A DNA stretch of 62,079 nucleotides from an uncultured Terriglobus sp. (lineage in GTDB: Bacteria > Acidobacteriota > Terriglobia > Terriglobales > Acidobacteriaceae): assembly GCA_964246215.1 (NCBI GenBank), contig CAXTPQ010000005.1, forward strand, positions 39,738 through 101,816, in the 5' to 3' direction. The notes beneath the pieces are model-generated. The model saw only the letters and a program-made list of their open reading frames with translations. It ran no database searches and had not been told where the DNA came from. The translations under genes were made by a program, and so were the position numbers. Positions within the stretch are counted from its first letter, which is position 1. Each line of letters opens with the position of its first letter. Shown here one piece after another: positions 47,619 through 56,338 of this stretch.

Positions 47619-49031
47619 CTACGCAGCGCGCTCCAGATCGAATTCCGGTTCCATAAAGTGAGCAGAGTGGTGGACCATGGCAACCTGCACATGATGCAGC
47701 ACGGTCATGATTTTTGTTGGAGCCGTTTGTGGCATACCCGTAACCTGCAACTTGCCGCTACTGCCAAAAGAGAGATGGATGGAGCATGCCGGCTCATTCT
47801 GATCCATCGAGTGGAACTGATGAGAGAACCGCCGGCCATTCCACTCCATTTTCACCGTGGCAAATTCCATGTCCTTGCAGGCTTTCTGCATCACAGTCCA
47901 GCATTCCTCGACCGTCTTTGACGCCTGCAGTGCACGGCTCATCTCTTCCAGGTAGATTTCTTCCTCTACGGCGCGGCGAAAACGTTTTGTGGAGAAGGTA
48001 CGGCGTGCTGCCTGGAACTCAATGTATTTGAGCCGGCTGATGCCGACGACCACCAGAACAAAGAAAGCGAGAAGGACGGCCCAGCCCATCTCTTTCTTGC
48101 CGAAGCTCTCCATCAAGGCAAGCACAGCGGAGATGGCACAGAACGCATACAGGATCAGCGCCGCCGCCCGCGTGGAGAAGCCCAGGGCCAAGACCCGGTG
48201 ATGCACATGGCTGCGGTCACCCGCGGTGATGGGCGCGCTGCGCAGGTATCGTCTGCCAATGGCGAGTGCCACATCGATGAGTGGCAGGGCCAACGTCATA
48301 AAAGGAGCCACCATGCCGAGCATGCCGGAACCGCGGCTCCAGATAAGTCCAAGACAGCCAAGAACGAAGCCGATGGTGAGGCTGCCGCAATCCCCTAAAA
48401 AGATGGAGGCGGGTGCAAAGTTATAGCGAAGGAATGCGAGCAAGCAGCCGGCCAGTGGTGCTGTCGCAAGTGCCAGGCCATGATTTCCAGTGACCAACGC
48501 CACGATAAGGGTGGTCAACGTCGCCATCAAACCCATGCCGGTGGCCAGACCATCCATACCGTCGATCAGGTTCACCGCATTGGTGCAGGCCAGCAGCCAG
48601 ATCACACTCAGCAGAGCGGCAAGCCAGGAGGGCCCATGCGACCACTGGAGACGCGCGCCAAACGAAACAGCGATGCAGGCCGCGATGATTTGGCCCAGCA
48701 GTTTCTGTTTCGGCTTGAGCGTAATCCGGTCGTCAATCAATCCCGTGATGAAGATGACCGCTGTTCCGGGCAGCAGGGCCCACAGCAGAGCGTGATGCTG
48801 CACATGGAAGCGTGCACCATACGGCCCAAGCAGATAGCCGATGCCGAGCGCGCCGATGTACGCGGCAACAATCGCAACCCCGCCCACGCGGGGCGTGTCT
48901 CCGCGGTGAAGTTTCCTAAACTGATCCGGCTTGTCGACCCAATTGAAACGGATCGCAAGCGACCGGCACAATGGAGTGAAGACAAGACATAAGAAAAACG
49001 CACTGACACCAAGAAGAAGAACGGCATTCAT
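47619..49031 (-). CDS. WecA/MraY-family undecaprenyl-phosphate HexNAc-1-P transferase with a C-terminal extension
   Basis: DKP..RKLH...PRVGG, GLIDD, NAVNLIDGMDGLA, FLGDCGS, DRSHVHHR. Confidence 0.9.
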   Translation of the reverse strand: MNAVLLLGVSAFFLCLVFTPLCRSLAIRFNWVDKPDQFRKLHRGDTPRVGGVAIVAAYIGALGIGYLLGPYGARFHVQHHALLWALLPGTAVIFITGLIDDRITLKPKQKLLGQIIAACIAVSFGARLQWSHGPSWLAALLSVIWLLACTNAVNLIDGMDGLATGMGLMATLTTLIVALVTGNHGLALATAPLAGCLLAFLRYNFAPASIFLGDCGSLTIGFVLGCLGLIWSRGSGMLGMVAPFMTLALPLIDVALAIGRRYLRSAPITAGDRSHVHHRVLALGFSTRAAALILYAFCAISAVLALMESFGKKEMGWAVLLAFFVLVVVGISRLKYIEFQAARRTFSTKRFRRAVEEEIYLEEMSRALQASKTVEECWTVMQKACKDMEFATVKMEWNGRRFSHQFHSMDQNEPACSIHLSFGSSGKLQVTGMPQTAPTKIMTVLHHVQVAMVHHSAHFMEPEFDLERAA

Positions 49032-49040
49032 ACACTGACC

Positions 49041-50279
49041 TCATGCGGCGCTGTGGCTGTGGTCCGCGACATAACTCCTCCTGCCCTGTTCCGGGATCAT
49101 GGAGGCAACCTGGTTTTCAAGCTCGCCCGTCAGAATCCGGGCGATGCGCCGGACGCCGATGGGCAGGTCGTAATATTCCAACAGCGCCTGACGTGCGCGC
49201 TTTCCTGCGGCAGTCACCTCTTCCGGGTGATCTGCCAAATGAAGCAGAAGTTCGGTGAGCCGGTCCACATCATTACAAGCGACATGCCAGCCACATTTGT
49301 GCCGTTCAATCGTCAAAGCCGGCGTAGCACTTGCCGGCCCAATAAAAAGAATGGGCCTTCCGGCCGCCATGATGCCATAGACCTTGCTGGGCACCACCGT
49401 TCCGGAGCAGACATCATCCTGGGTCACTAAGCCGATGTCGCCCGCGGCAAGGCCTTCGCTCAGCTTGTCGCGCGAAACATACGGTCGCATCTCCAGCCGG
49501 GTCACACTGTGCTCCTTGGCAAACTCCTCCACCTGCTTACGCTTGTTTCCACCACCCACAAATAGGTAACGGAATGGCTTGTCGCGCAGATTGCTCATGG
49601 CCGCACAAATCGTGTCGATATCATGCGCGAGACCAAGATTTCCTGAGTACAGCAGGACAAGTTCATTCGGGTCGCCAGGCCGGTCCATGGGAGTGATCGC
49701 GGCGGCATTTGCCCAGTTCTCGGCAATCTGAATTTTGCCGGGAGCGATGCCGCGCCGTATCAGCCGGGTCTTCATGCATTCGCCGAGCGCGATGATACCG
49801 TCCGCATGCCGGCGGCTGAAATCGGCGAAGACTGCCGTGAACCGTTCCGCGACTCCACCCTTCTTGATGTAGTGCAAGTCGACCGCCACATCGGGATACA
49901 AATCCTGCTCCCAGATGTAATGCCGCGACCCGCGCAGCATCTTGATCATGCTGCCGACCAGCGAGATGACCGGTGGCGTGGTGAGCGACACCACCACATC
50001 CATGCGCGGCAGAACCGGGCCGCGCAGTGCCGCCGTCGTGTAGAACGACAAGTAGGACAGCAGACGTCCCAATTTTCCTTTGACGAAGGGTAATGCCTTA
50101 ACCCGGTGAATTGTGACCGGTGGCTGTGTACTTGCGGCCGCAGCCGCATAGCCGCCCTCACCGCAAAGCACATGGATCTCATGACCAAGTTCCGCCAAGC
50201 CGGTCGCCAGATCGGTCAATTGCTGGCTGGTGGCCGAGGAATCCGGCCAGAAGAATTGGTTGATAAAGAGGATCCTCAT
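49041..50279 (-). CDS. GT4 glycosyltransferase (WcaI/WbuB-like)
   Basis: NQFFWPD, QDLYPD, YSGNLG.AH, VPSKVYGIMAAGRP. Confidence 0.88.
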   Translation of the reverse strand: MRILFINQFFWPDSSATSQQLTDLATGLAELGHEIHVLCGEGGYAAAAASTQPPVTIHRVKALPFVKGKLGRLLSYLSFYTTAALRGPVLPRMDVVVSLTTPPVISLVGSMIKMLRGSRHYIWEQDLYPDVAVDLHYIKKGGVAERFTAVFADFSRRHADGIIALGECMKTRLIRRGIAPGKIQIAENWANAAAITPMDRPGDPNELVLLYSGNLGLAHDIDTICAAMSNLRDKPFRYLFVGGGNKRKQVEEFAKEHSVTRLEMRPYVSRDKLSEGLAAGDIGLVTQDDVCSGTVVPSKVYGIMAAGRPILFIGPASATPALTIERHKCGWHVACNDVDRLTELLLHLADHPEEVTAAGKRARQALLEYYDLPIGVRRIARILTGELENQVASMIPEQGRRSYVADHSHSAA

Positions 50280-50872
50280 CGCAGTACCTCCTCGCGCGCG
50301 GAGCTCAGCACGGGATCGATGACACGTTCCTTCACAAAGCAGGCGGGATTGCCCGCGAAAATCTGGTAATCGGGAACGGCTCCGGAGACAACGGCACCGG
50401 CTGCTGCAATGGAGCCTTCTCCCAACGTCGTTCCGGGGGTGAGCAGACACATGGCTCCGGCCCAGGAGCCGTTGTGCAACGTGATGGGCCGAACGATCAA
50501 ACCAAACGACGGATCCGACCAGTTGTGATTGCCCGTGCAGAAATACGCACCTTGCGAGACGCAAACATCGCTGCCCAGCGTGACCGTGGTGAGATTGTCA
50601 ATCCAGACGTGCTCACCGATCCAGCAATCGTCGCCCACCACCAGATGCCAGGGGTACTTCACATCAACGGACGGCTTGATCGTGACTCGCTGGCCGATAC
50701 GAGCTCCAAAGCTACGCAGCAGGCTCACGCGCAGTGACGAGGACGGAATCCAGGCCGAACGAAGGACGGGCTGGCCCAGGAAGAACCAGGCTGCCCGCTT
50801 CAGGAACGAGCCACCCGGCGAGTACCAGGAATTGTCATAGGTCTGCAGCTTGACCACGGTCCGGGGCGTCAT
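50276..50872 (-). CDS. wcaF: WcaF-like polysaccharide O-acetyltransferase
   Basis: LLRSFGARIG, VKYPWHL, hexapeptide repeats, CTGNH, GNPA. Confidence 0.85.
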   Translation of the reverse strand: MTPRTVVKLQTYDNSWYSPGGSFLKRAAWFFLGQPVLRSAWIPSSSLRVSLLRSFGARIGQRVTIKPSVDVKYPWHLVVGDDCWIGEHVWIDNLTTVTLGSDVCVSQGAYFCTGNHNWSDPSFGLIVRPITLHNGSWAGAMCLLTPGTTLGEGSIAAAGAVVSGAVPDYQIFAGNPACFVKERVIDPVLSSAREEVLR

Positions 50873-52095
50873 GGCAACATCACCTCGCAGCTGTGAGGCT
50901 TTGGTCCGCCCTGGAGCCAGGCATACAGTTCTGTCATGCTCCGGCCCACACGCGCCCAGCTGTACCGCTCCTGTACCAGCATGCGGCCTCGCAGGCCCCT
51001 GGCCTGATTGTTTTCCGGTGAATCACACAGGAAATGCTGCAATGCAGTCGCGAGTTCATCGGCATCCGGCTCAATCTGCCAGCCGGTCTTGTGGGTCGCA
51101 ATCTCCGGCATGTTGCAGGGACGGGTGGCAATGACGGGCAGGCCCATTCCCATGGCTTCCAGCAGGCCCATACTCAGACCTTCCGAGTGGGAGGGCAGCA
51201 CAAAGCATTCACTGGCGGCAATGGCGTTCCACTTGGCCGCGCCGCTCAGCATGCCGGTGAACAGGACGTTATACAAACCGAGTGCCGCCATCTGTGCCTC
51301 AAGCTGAGCCTGCGTGCCATCGCAATCCGGACCGGCAATCACGAGGTGTGCTTCCGGCCAGATGTGTTCCAGCGCTGCCCATGCAGTCATCAACAGATCG
51401 AGTCCTTTCTTGGGGTGCAATCTGCCAAGAAAGAGAACGATGCGTTTGCCGGTCAGCTTCGGGTATTGGTCGATGAAGCTGGCAGGATTTGCAGTCTCCG
51501 GCAAGTCAACGCCGTTGGGTATGACCACAACCGGATTGGCCGCTCCGTAGTCGCGGTACGAGTCGACCTCCGCCGCCGTCAACGCATGCAGGCAGCTGGC
51601 ATGCTGCACCAGCGGCCGCTCCACCAGGGCGGAGTAAAAGACCTTTTTCCAGCGCTTGTTGTGGAGCGCCCAGGGCTCCAGCATTCCATGGGCGGAGACG
51701 ACATAGGGCTTGCTTTGTCGGCGTGCAAGCGAAGCGGTCACGGTTGAACTCTGCTCCCAGAGGCCGTGAATGTGCACGCCATCGGCGTCCGCGAGCTGCC
51801 GGGCATAGCGGCGGCGGAGTGATGTGTTTGTCCACCAATCCTTACGGCTGGAGGGCCAGAGGCTGACCTCCCGTCCGGCAAGGTGTGCCGGGACATTTTG
51901 CTCATTGGCGGCGCAGAATGCGGCGATCGGTGCCGCGGTTGTGCCCGCGTGTTCGATCACGCCAGCCAGTGCCGGAATGGCGCTGCTCAGGCCACCGTAT
52001 TTCGGGTCGATGTGCGACAGGACTTGAAGCCAGCGTGAGCTGTATTGCTCTGCCGGGCTTCCTAGGTCGTGCAGATTGGCGGTCACGGTACTCAT
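50869..52095 (-). CDS. GT4 glycosyltransferase
   Basis: HIHGLW, HGMLEPW, IPNGVD, FLGRLHPKKG, EGLSMGLLEAM. Confidence 0.9.
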   Translation of the reverse strand: MSTVTANLHDLGSPAEQYSSRWLQVLSHIDPKYGGLSSAIPALAGVIEHAGTTAAPIAAFCAANEQNVPAHLAGREVSLWPSSRKDWWTNTSLRRRYARQLADADGVHIHGLWEQSSTVTASLARRQSKPYVVSAHGMLEPWALHNKRWKKVFYSALVERPLVQHASCLHALTAAEVDSYRDYGAANPVVVIPNGVDLPETANPASFIDQYPKLTGKRIVLFLGRLHPKKGLDLLMTAWAALEHIWPEAHLVIAGPDCDGTQAQLEAQMAALGLYNVLFTGMLSGAAKWNAIAASECFVLPSHSEGLSMGLLEAMGMGLPVIATRPCNMPEIATHKTGWQIEPDADELATALQHFLCDSPENNQARGLRGRMLVQERYSWARVGRSMTELYAWLQGGPKPHSCEVMLP

Positions 52096-53327
52096 CGCAC
52101 TCCCTCCGCCATGGCGCGTTCGGCGGTGTTGGCTGGTGGCGCATCCACGATCTGTGCCACTTCCGCGCCGAAGCGCTGCGGCGAATATGCCCGGATGCGA
52201 GCCGCTGAGCCCAGGGCCATGCTGTGCAGCTCGGCACGTTCGAGTGAAGCAATGCGGTTCAACGCTTGCGTGAGTTGCTCTGGCTGCGATGGACTGAAGA
52301 GGAAGCCATTGCTTCCGGCCTCGACCAGGTCTGCGGCGCAGCCACAGCGGTCAGAGACGATCACTGGCAGCGAGGAGGCCATGGCTTCGTTCACCACAAG
52401 ACCCCAGGGCTCACGTGTGCTGGGCAGCACAAAACAGCCAGCGAAGGCGTAGAAGGGCAGCAGTTCACGGGAGGATTTCAGTCCGGGAAAATACACGTCG
52501 GATGCGTATGGGCTAGCGTCCGCCACGTGGCGCAGGGCATTGTGTTCGGGGCCGTCTCCCACCAGGACAAGAGGCCAGCTCCCGCCGCCGTTGCGGTAAC
52601 TGATCCAGCTATCGATCAACTGCCGGACATTCTTTTCCGGGGCATGGCGGCCGACGTAGACGAAGTAGGGCGAGCCTGGCAAGCCGAACTGCTCGGGCGT
52701 TGCACTCTCACGCAAAGCGTCAGTGCCATCACGGAACATGGCATTGTCCACCACGTCATAGCAGCCCGCGATCCGGTCTGCGGGAAAGCCGAGCTCCCGG
52801 AGGTAGGAAACATGGTCTTTGCCACCAGCGACCGCCCAGTTGAAGCACAGGCGGAGGACTACGCGCTTGAGAGCTTCCTTCCAGCCCACGCGCACGTGAT
52901 CATAGTTCGTGCTTTCCGTCATCAGAATGCTGCGCCGGCCGTGCAACCGCGCCCATGCCGCAGCAGCCAACGCCGGCAGGGTGTAGTAGCCGGGCACCAG
53001 AACGGCTTCCGGATTTAAGGCGGAGAGGCGCTGCCACACCAGCCGGGCCAAGTGCCATTTGCTTGCCTGTTGCCAACTGCTGTTCGGGAGGAGTGTGTCC
53101 ACGGCGATGCCGGCCGGCAAGTCTTCGCGGAACTTCAGCCCGGCATGGAAGCCGACGCCGCCGACCATCTCCATACCGGCAACTCGACCGGCAAGACTGG
53201 GCGCGCTTTCCAAGCCGAGAAAGCGTGCGACATGATAGGCATACCAGTCCATCCAGATCACGGCCAGACGGCAGCGTTGGATTGCCGGTTTTTTGGTTGT
53301 CACTGTGACTTGCGTCGAGTTAGACAT
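52092..53327 (-). CDS. GT4 glycosyltransferase
   Basis: YVGRHAPEKN, EPWGLVVNEAMA; start ATG 53327 after GGAGG. Confidence 0.9.
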   Translation of the reverse strand: MSNSTQVTVTTKKPAIQRCRLAVIWMDWYAYHVARFLGLESAPSLAGRVAGMEMVGGVGFHAGLKFREDLPAGIAVDTLLPNSSWQQASKWHLARLVWQRLSALNPEAVLVPGYYTLPALAAAAWARLHGRRSILMTESTNYDHVRVGWKEALKRVVLRLCFNWAVAGGKDHVSYLRELGFPADRIAGCYDVVDNAMFRDGTDALRESATPEQFGLPGSPYFVYVGRHAPEKNVRQLIDSWISYRNGGGSWPLVLVGDGPEHNALRHVADASPYASDVYFPGLKSSRELLPFYAFAGCFVLPSTREPWGLVVNEAMASSLPVIVSDRCGCAADLVEAGSNGFLFSPSQPEQLTQALNRIASLERAELHSMALGSAARIRAYSPQRFGAEVAQIVDAPPANTAERAMAEGVR

Positions 53328-54684
53328 GGCTTGGCTCCTCCAGATCGCTCCACGCGATGTAATGGCCCGACAACGGAACCGCCTCATGGGGAACGGTCTG
53401 TGCAGCCTGTGCCCGCAATGCCCAGCGCCATGTCAGCCAGCAAGGCAGTGAGAGAAGAATTGTCCGGAAAATTACGGCTTCCATCGTCTGCATCACGAGG
53501 TAGATCGAGAGCGCCGAAAGCACCGTGTACTGGCTCATCCAGCCGCCGCCCCGCAGCATGGCTCGCTTCCAAACAGTGCCGTAGATCCAGCCAAGCAGAG
53601 CCATGAACGGCACCGCCAGCCACCAGACTTCCACCCACAAATCCGCGACAATGCCGGGCGCGGACCCGGGTGCGCCGACCCACCCGAGCGTTTCACCAAA
53701 GCCCTCGCCGGTGCCGGCGTTTTGCAGCAACTCCGGCACGCCGAAGTCCTCGTATTTAGTCGGCCAGATCGCGGAAGGGATCGGCCGCACCATGATTTGC
53801 GCCAGGTAGCGGCGCATCCAGAAGTAGTGGTCGCGGCGTTCGGAGCTGAGCACTGTGCCCGACCCATAGATGTATTCGTTGCCGGTCTGCGGCTTGTCCA
53901 CGATCTCGCTTACATCGGTCTTCACGTCGAAGTCCGACCCGAGATAGATGCTGGAGCGATTGGTGACCAGAAAGAGCACAAGCCACCCCAGGCAAACGGC
54001 TACCGCACCCATTGCGACAACCGGCGGCCGCTTGCCGCGCGGCAGGAACCAACCCATCAGCAGGACGGTAAAGAGGGCAAACGTGGGTCCACGGCGGCCC
54101 ATCAGGATGGCGCTTGATGCCCATGGCAAGGCAAAGACGGCAATCTGCATGAGTGACTGCAGGCGCTTGCCGCCCAGCGACAGCGACGTCATCGCCAGCA
54201 GAACGCCCACCAGCAGGAGCAGGCTGCCGTCACGCACATATCCGCTGTCGTCCCAGCCGCCTGCGTACGAGTTGCTGAAGGCGTTGACGAATCCACCGAC
54301 GTTGACAATGGTAATCGTCCAGCACATCAGGCCAAGTCCGCCCGCGATGGCGGAACCAATGAGCAGGCGCGGGCAGACCGCAGTCGAGAGCTTTTCGCGC
54401 GCTGGCAGCACCCGTGGCAAGCGCAGCCCCACGCTCAGGCAGGCAATCAGGAAAGCCGCCATGCCCAGGAGATTCAGGCCATGTACAAAAACAAGCTGAT
54501 GATCGTCGAAAAAGCGTGAAAGGCCATCGGCGGCGAGCAGCTTGTACGGCATCCACGCGTACAGGAACAGCATCATCGGCCCGATAAACATAAGCGGATG
54601 GAGCACATCGCGGCTGCCATCAAAGGCAATCACGATGGCGGCGATGGTAAGGACGGCGCCGAGCGCAAGCATCCACTCAAACAT
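53320..54684 (-). CDS. Putative Wzy polysaccharide polymerase
   Basis: About 10 TM helices, GRRGP loop, large periplasmic loop; located between the flippase and the GTs. Confidence 0.6.
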   Translation of the reverse strand: MFEWMLALGAVLTIAAIVIAFDGSRDVLHPLMFIGPMMLFLYAWMPYKLLAADGLSRFFDDHQLVFVHGLNLLGMAAFLIACLSVGLRLPRVLPAREKLSTAVCPRLLIGSAIAGGLGLMCWTITIVNVGGFVNAFSNSYAGGWDDSGYVRDGSLLLLVGVLLAMTSLSLGGKRLQSLMQIAVFALPWASSAILMGRRGPTFALFTVLLMGWFLPRGKRPPVVAMGAVAVCLGWLVLFLVTNRSSIYLGSDFDVKTDVSEIVDKPQTGNEYIYGSGTVLSSERRDHYFWMRRYLAQIMVRPIPSAIWPTKYEDFGVPELLQNAGTGEGFGETLGWVGAPGSAPGIVADLWVEVWWLAVPFMALLGWIYGTVWKRAMLRGGGWMSQYTVLSALSIYLVMQTMEAVIFRTILLSLPCWLTWRWALRAQAAQTVPHEAVPLSGHYIAWSDLEEPSHV

Positions 54685-56338
54685 GGCGGACCTCCGGTGC
54701 GGAAGGCCGTCCAAAGCGGGCCTTGAAGCTCTGCATGAGACCACGAGTTGCCTGCGGAGAAGGAATCCACCGATGCCGTTTTCCAATCGCGAAAAGCAGT
54801 GCCGCAGATCCGGCGAAAATGATCAGCATGACGGCACTCATGGCGAAGTTGTGGGCCACGGAGGAGCTTCGGAAGATGGCCAGGATCGCCAGGGCCGCTG
54901 CTACGCTTGTGCCTAGCAGGTAGGCCACGGTCATGCCCGCTGGCAGATGGTCTATCCGCCGGAGAGTCGCCAACACTGCGATTGCGCTCAGCAGGTGTGC
55001 CGCGAAAAGTATGCCCAAACCCTGCGCTGCGCTGCCGTGGCGGAACAGAAGAAGTGTGGCTGCCGCGGCAACAAAGAGCGCCCAGAGAGTGTTGATAACA
55101 GCCGTCGCCCGGATGGAAACAATCGACAGCCTTGCGGCCGCGGGCGCGTTTGCCATGTGTGCGACGGCAATAGCAAGGCCGGCAGCCACCGCCGCACCCG
55201 CGGAGCGGTACGCATTGCCGTACAGCAGGAAGAGAAGGAGCGGCACCGCAATGATGCCGGCACCGGCAAGCGCAAATGACACGGAAAGGGCGGCAAAGCT
55301 GCACAGCGCCATGACACGATGCGGCGTGGAACTCTTTGTCCCGTCGGCGTCCACCATGACGGCGTAGCTGCCCTCCGTTAACAGGCCGGGAGCGATTCCG
55401 GCCAGGTTGCGAAACTGGCTGGCGATGGCAAAAAAGCTCATCTGGACCAAGCTGGTGTCGGCCCGGGCGACCAGGGTGGTGAGCCACCATCCAGCCAGAT
55501 TCGATCCCACCAGGCCGGCAAGCTGCACAAAACCGAAGGCCCAAACCTCACGGAGCATGGCCGTAAAGGGGCGAGTGCTTGAGCCGTTTTGCTTGGCAAA
55601 CAGGGAGAGAGGGCCGGCAAGCATCAGGCAGACCAGGACTGCGCCCGCGGTGATCAAACCCTGCGACGTGATCATGTGGCTGGGATTGTGTGTTCGCGCG
55701 GCGAGCGGCAGGATCACCACCATACCCGCACCCACCAGCACGGAAAGCAACAGCAGCGCACGAAGCCGGCGCTGGCCCACAAAGAAACCGCGTGCACACT
55801 CGAGCAGAATGATACCGGCGGCTGAAACCGCGGCCCAACGCAGCAAAGGTGTGAGTGCGTCTTTGTGCAACAAGTGGGCAATGGGAGCGGCACCCAGCCA
55901 GAGCGCCAGCGCGGCTAGCGTGGCCGATAGGAAGGACACCAGCATGAGTACGCGGGCGAGGGTGCCATAGCCATGGTTGCTGTCGTTGTACTTGCCTGAA
56001 AACCGGGTGGCCGTCGCGCCGATGCCGCCCGCCGCGTAGGTGGAGATGTTGTTGGCCGTTGTGATGGCCAGCGAGTAGGCGCCAAACGTGGAGGCTCCGC
56101 CAAGGCGAGCCGCCAGGATGTTTGCCAGAAAGCCGGTCCCGCGTTCCAGCATGACACCCAGGCCCAGAGCCGCGGTTCCGCCGACAAGGTGTTGCCGCAC
56201 GTCCGCAGAAAGTCCCGGAGACGTGGCGGGCGAGATCTTGCGAACGGCTTCGGTCTCGGTCACCGCCGCGATTTGTGTGGCGGAGGGCAGGGCAGTGTCG
56301 ACCGTGCCGTCCATCTCCTGTGTGAGCACGGGACTCAT
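54677..56338 (-). CDS. Wzx-type polysaccharide flippase
   Basis: 12-14 TMs; MOP-family N-terminus ILAARLGG..FGAYSL. Confidence 0.75.
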   Translation of the reverse strand: MSPVLTQEMDGTVDTALPSATQIAAVTETEAVRKISPATSPGLSADVRQHLVGGTAALGLGVMLERGTGFLANILAARLGGASTFGAYSLAITTANNISTYAAGGIGATATRFSGKYNDSNHGYGTLARVLMLVSFLSATLAALALWLGAAPIAHLLHKDALTPLLRWAAVSAAGIILLECARGFFVGQRRLRALLLLSVLVGAGMVVILPLAARTHNPSHMITSQGLITAGAVLVCLMLAGPLSLFAKQNGSSTRPFTAMLREVWAFGFVQLAGLVGSNLAGWWLTTLVARADTSLVQMSFFAIASQFRNLAGIAPGLLTEGSYAVMVDADGTKSSTPHRVMALCSFAALSVSFALAGAGIIAVPLLLFLLYGNAYRSAGAAVAAGLAIAVAHMANAPAAARLSIVSIRATAVINTLWALFVAAAATLLLFRHGSAAQGLGILFAAHLLSAIAVLATLRRIDHLPAGMTVAYLLGTSVAAALAILAIFRSSSVAHNFAMSAVMLIIFAGSAALLFAIGKRHRWIPSPQATRGLMQSFKARFGRPSAPEVRHV

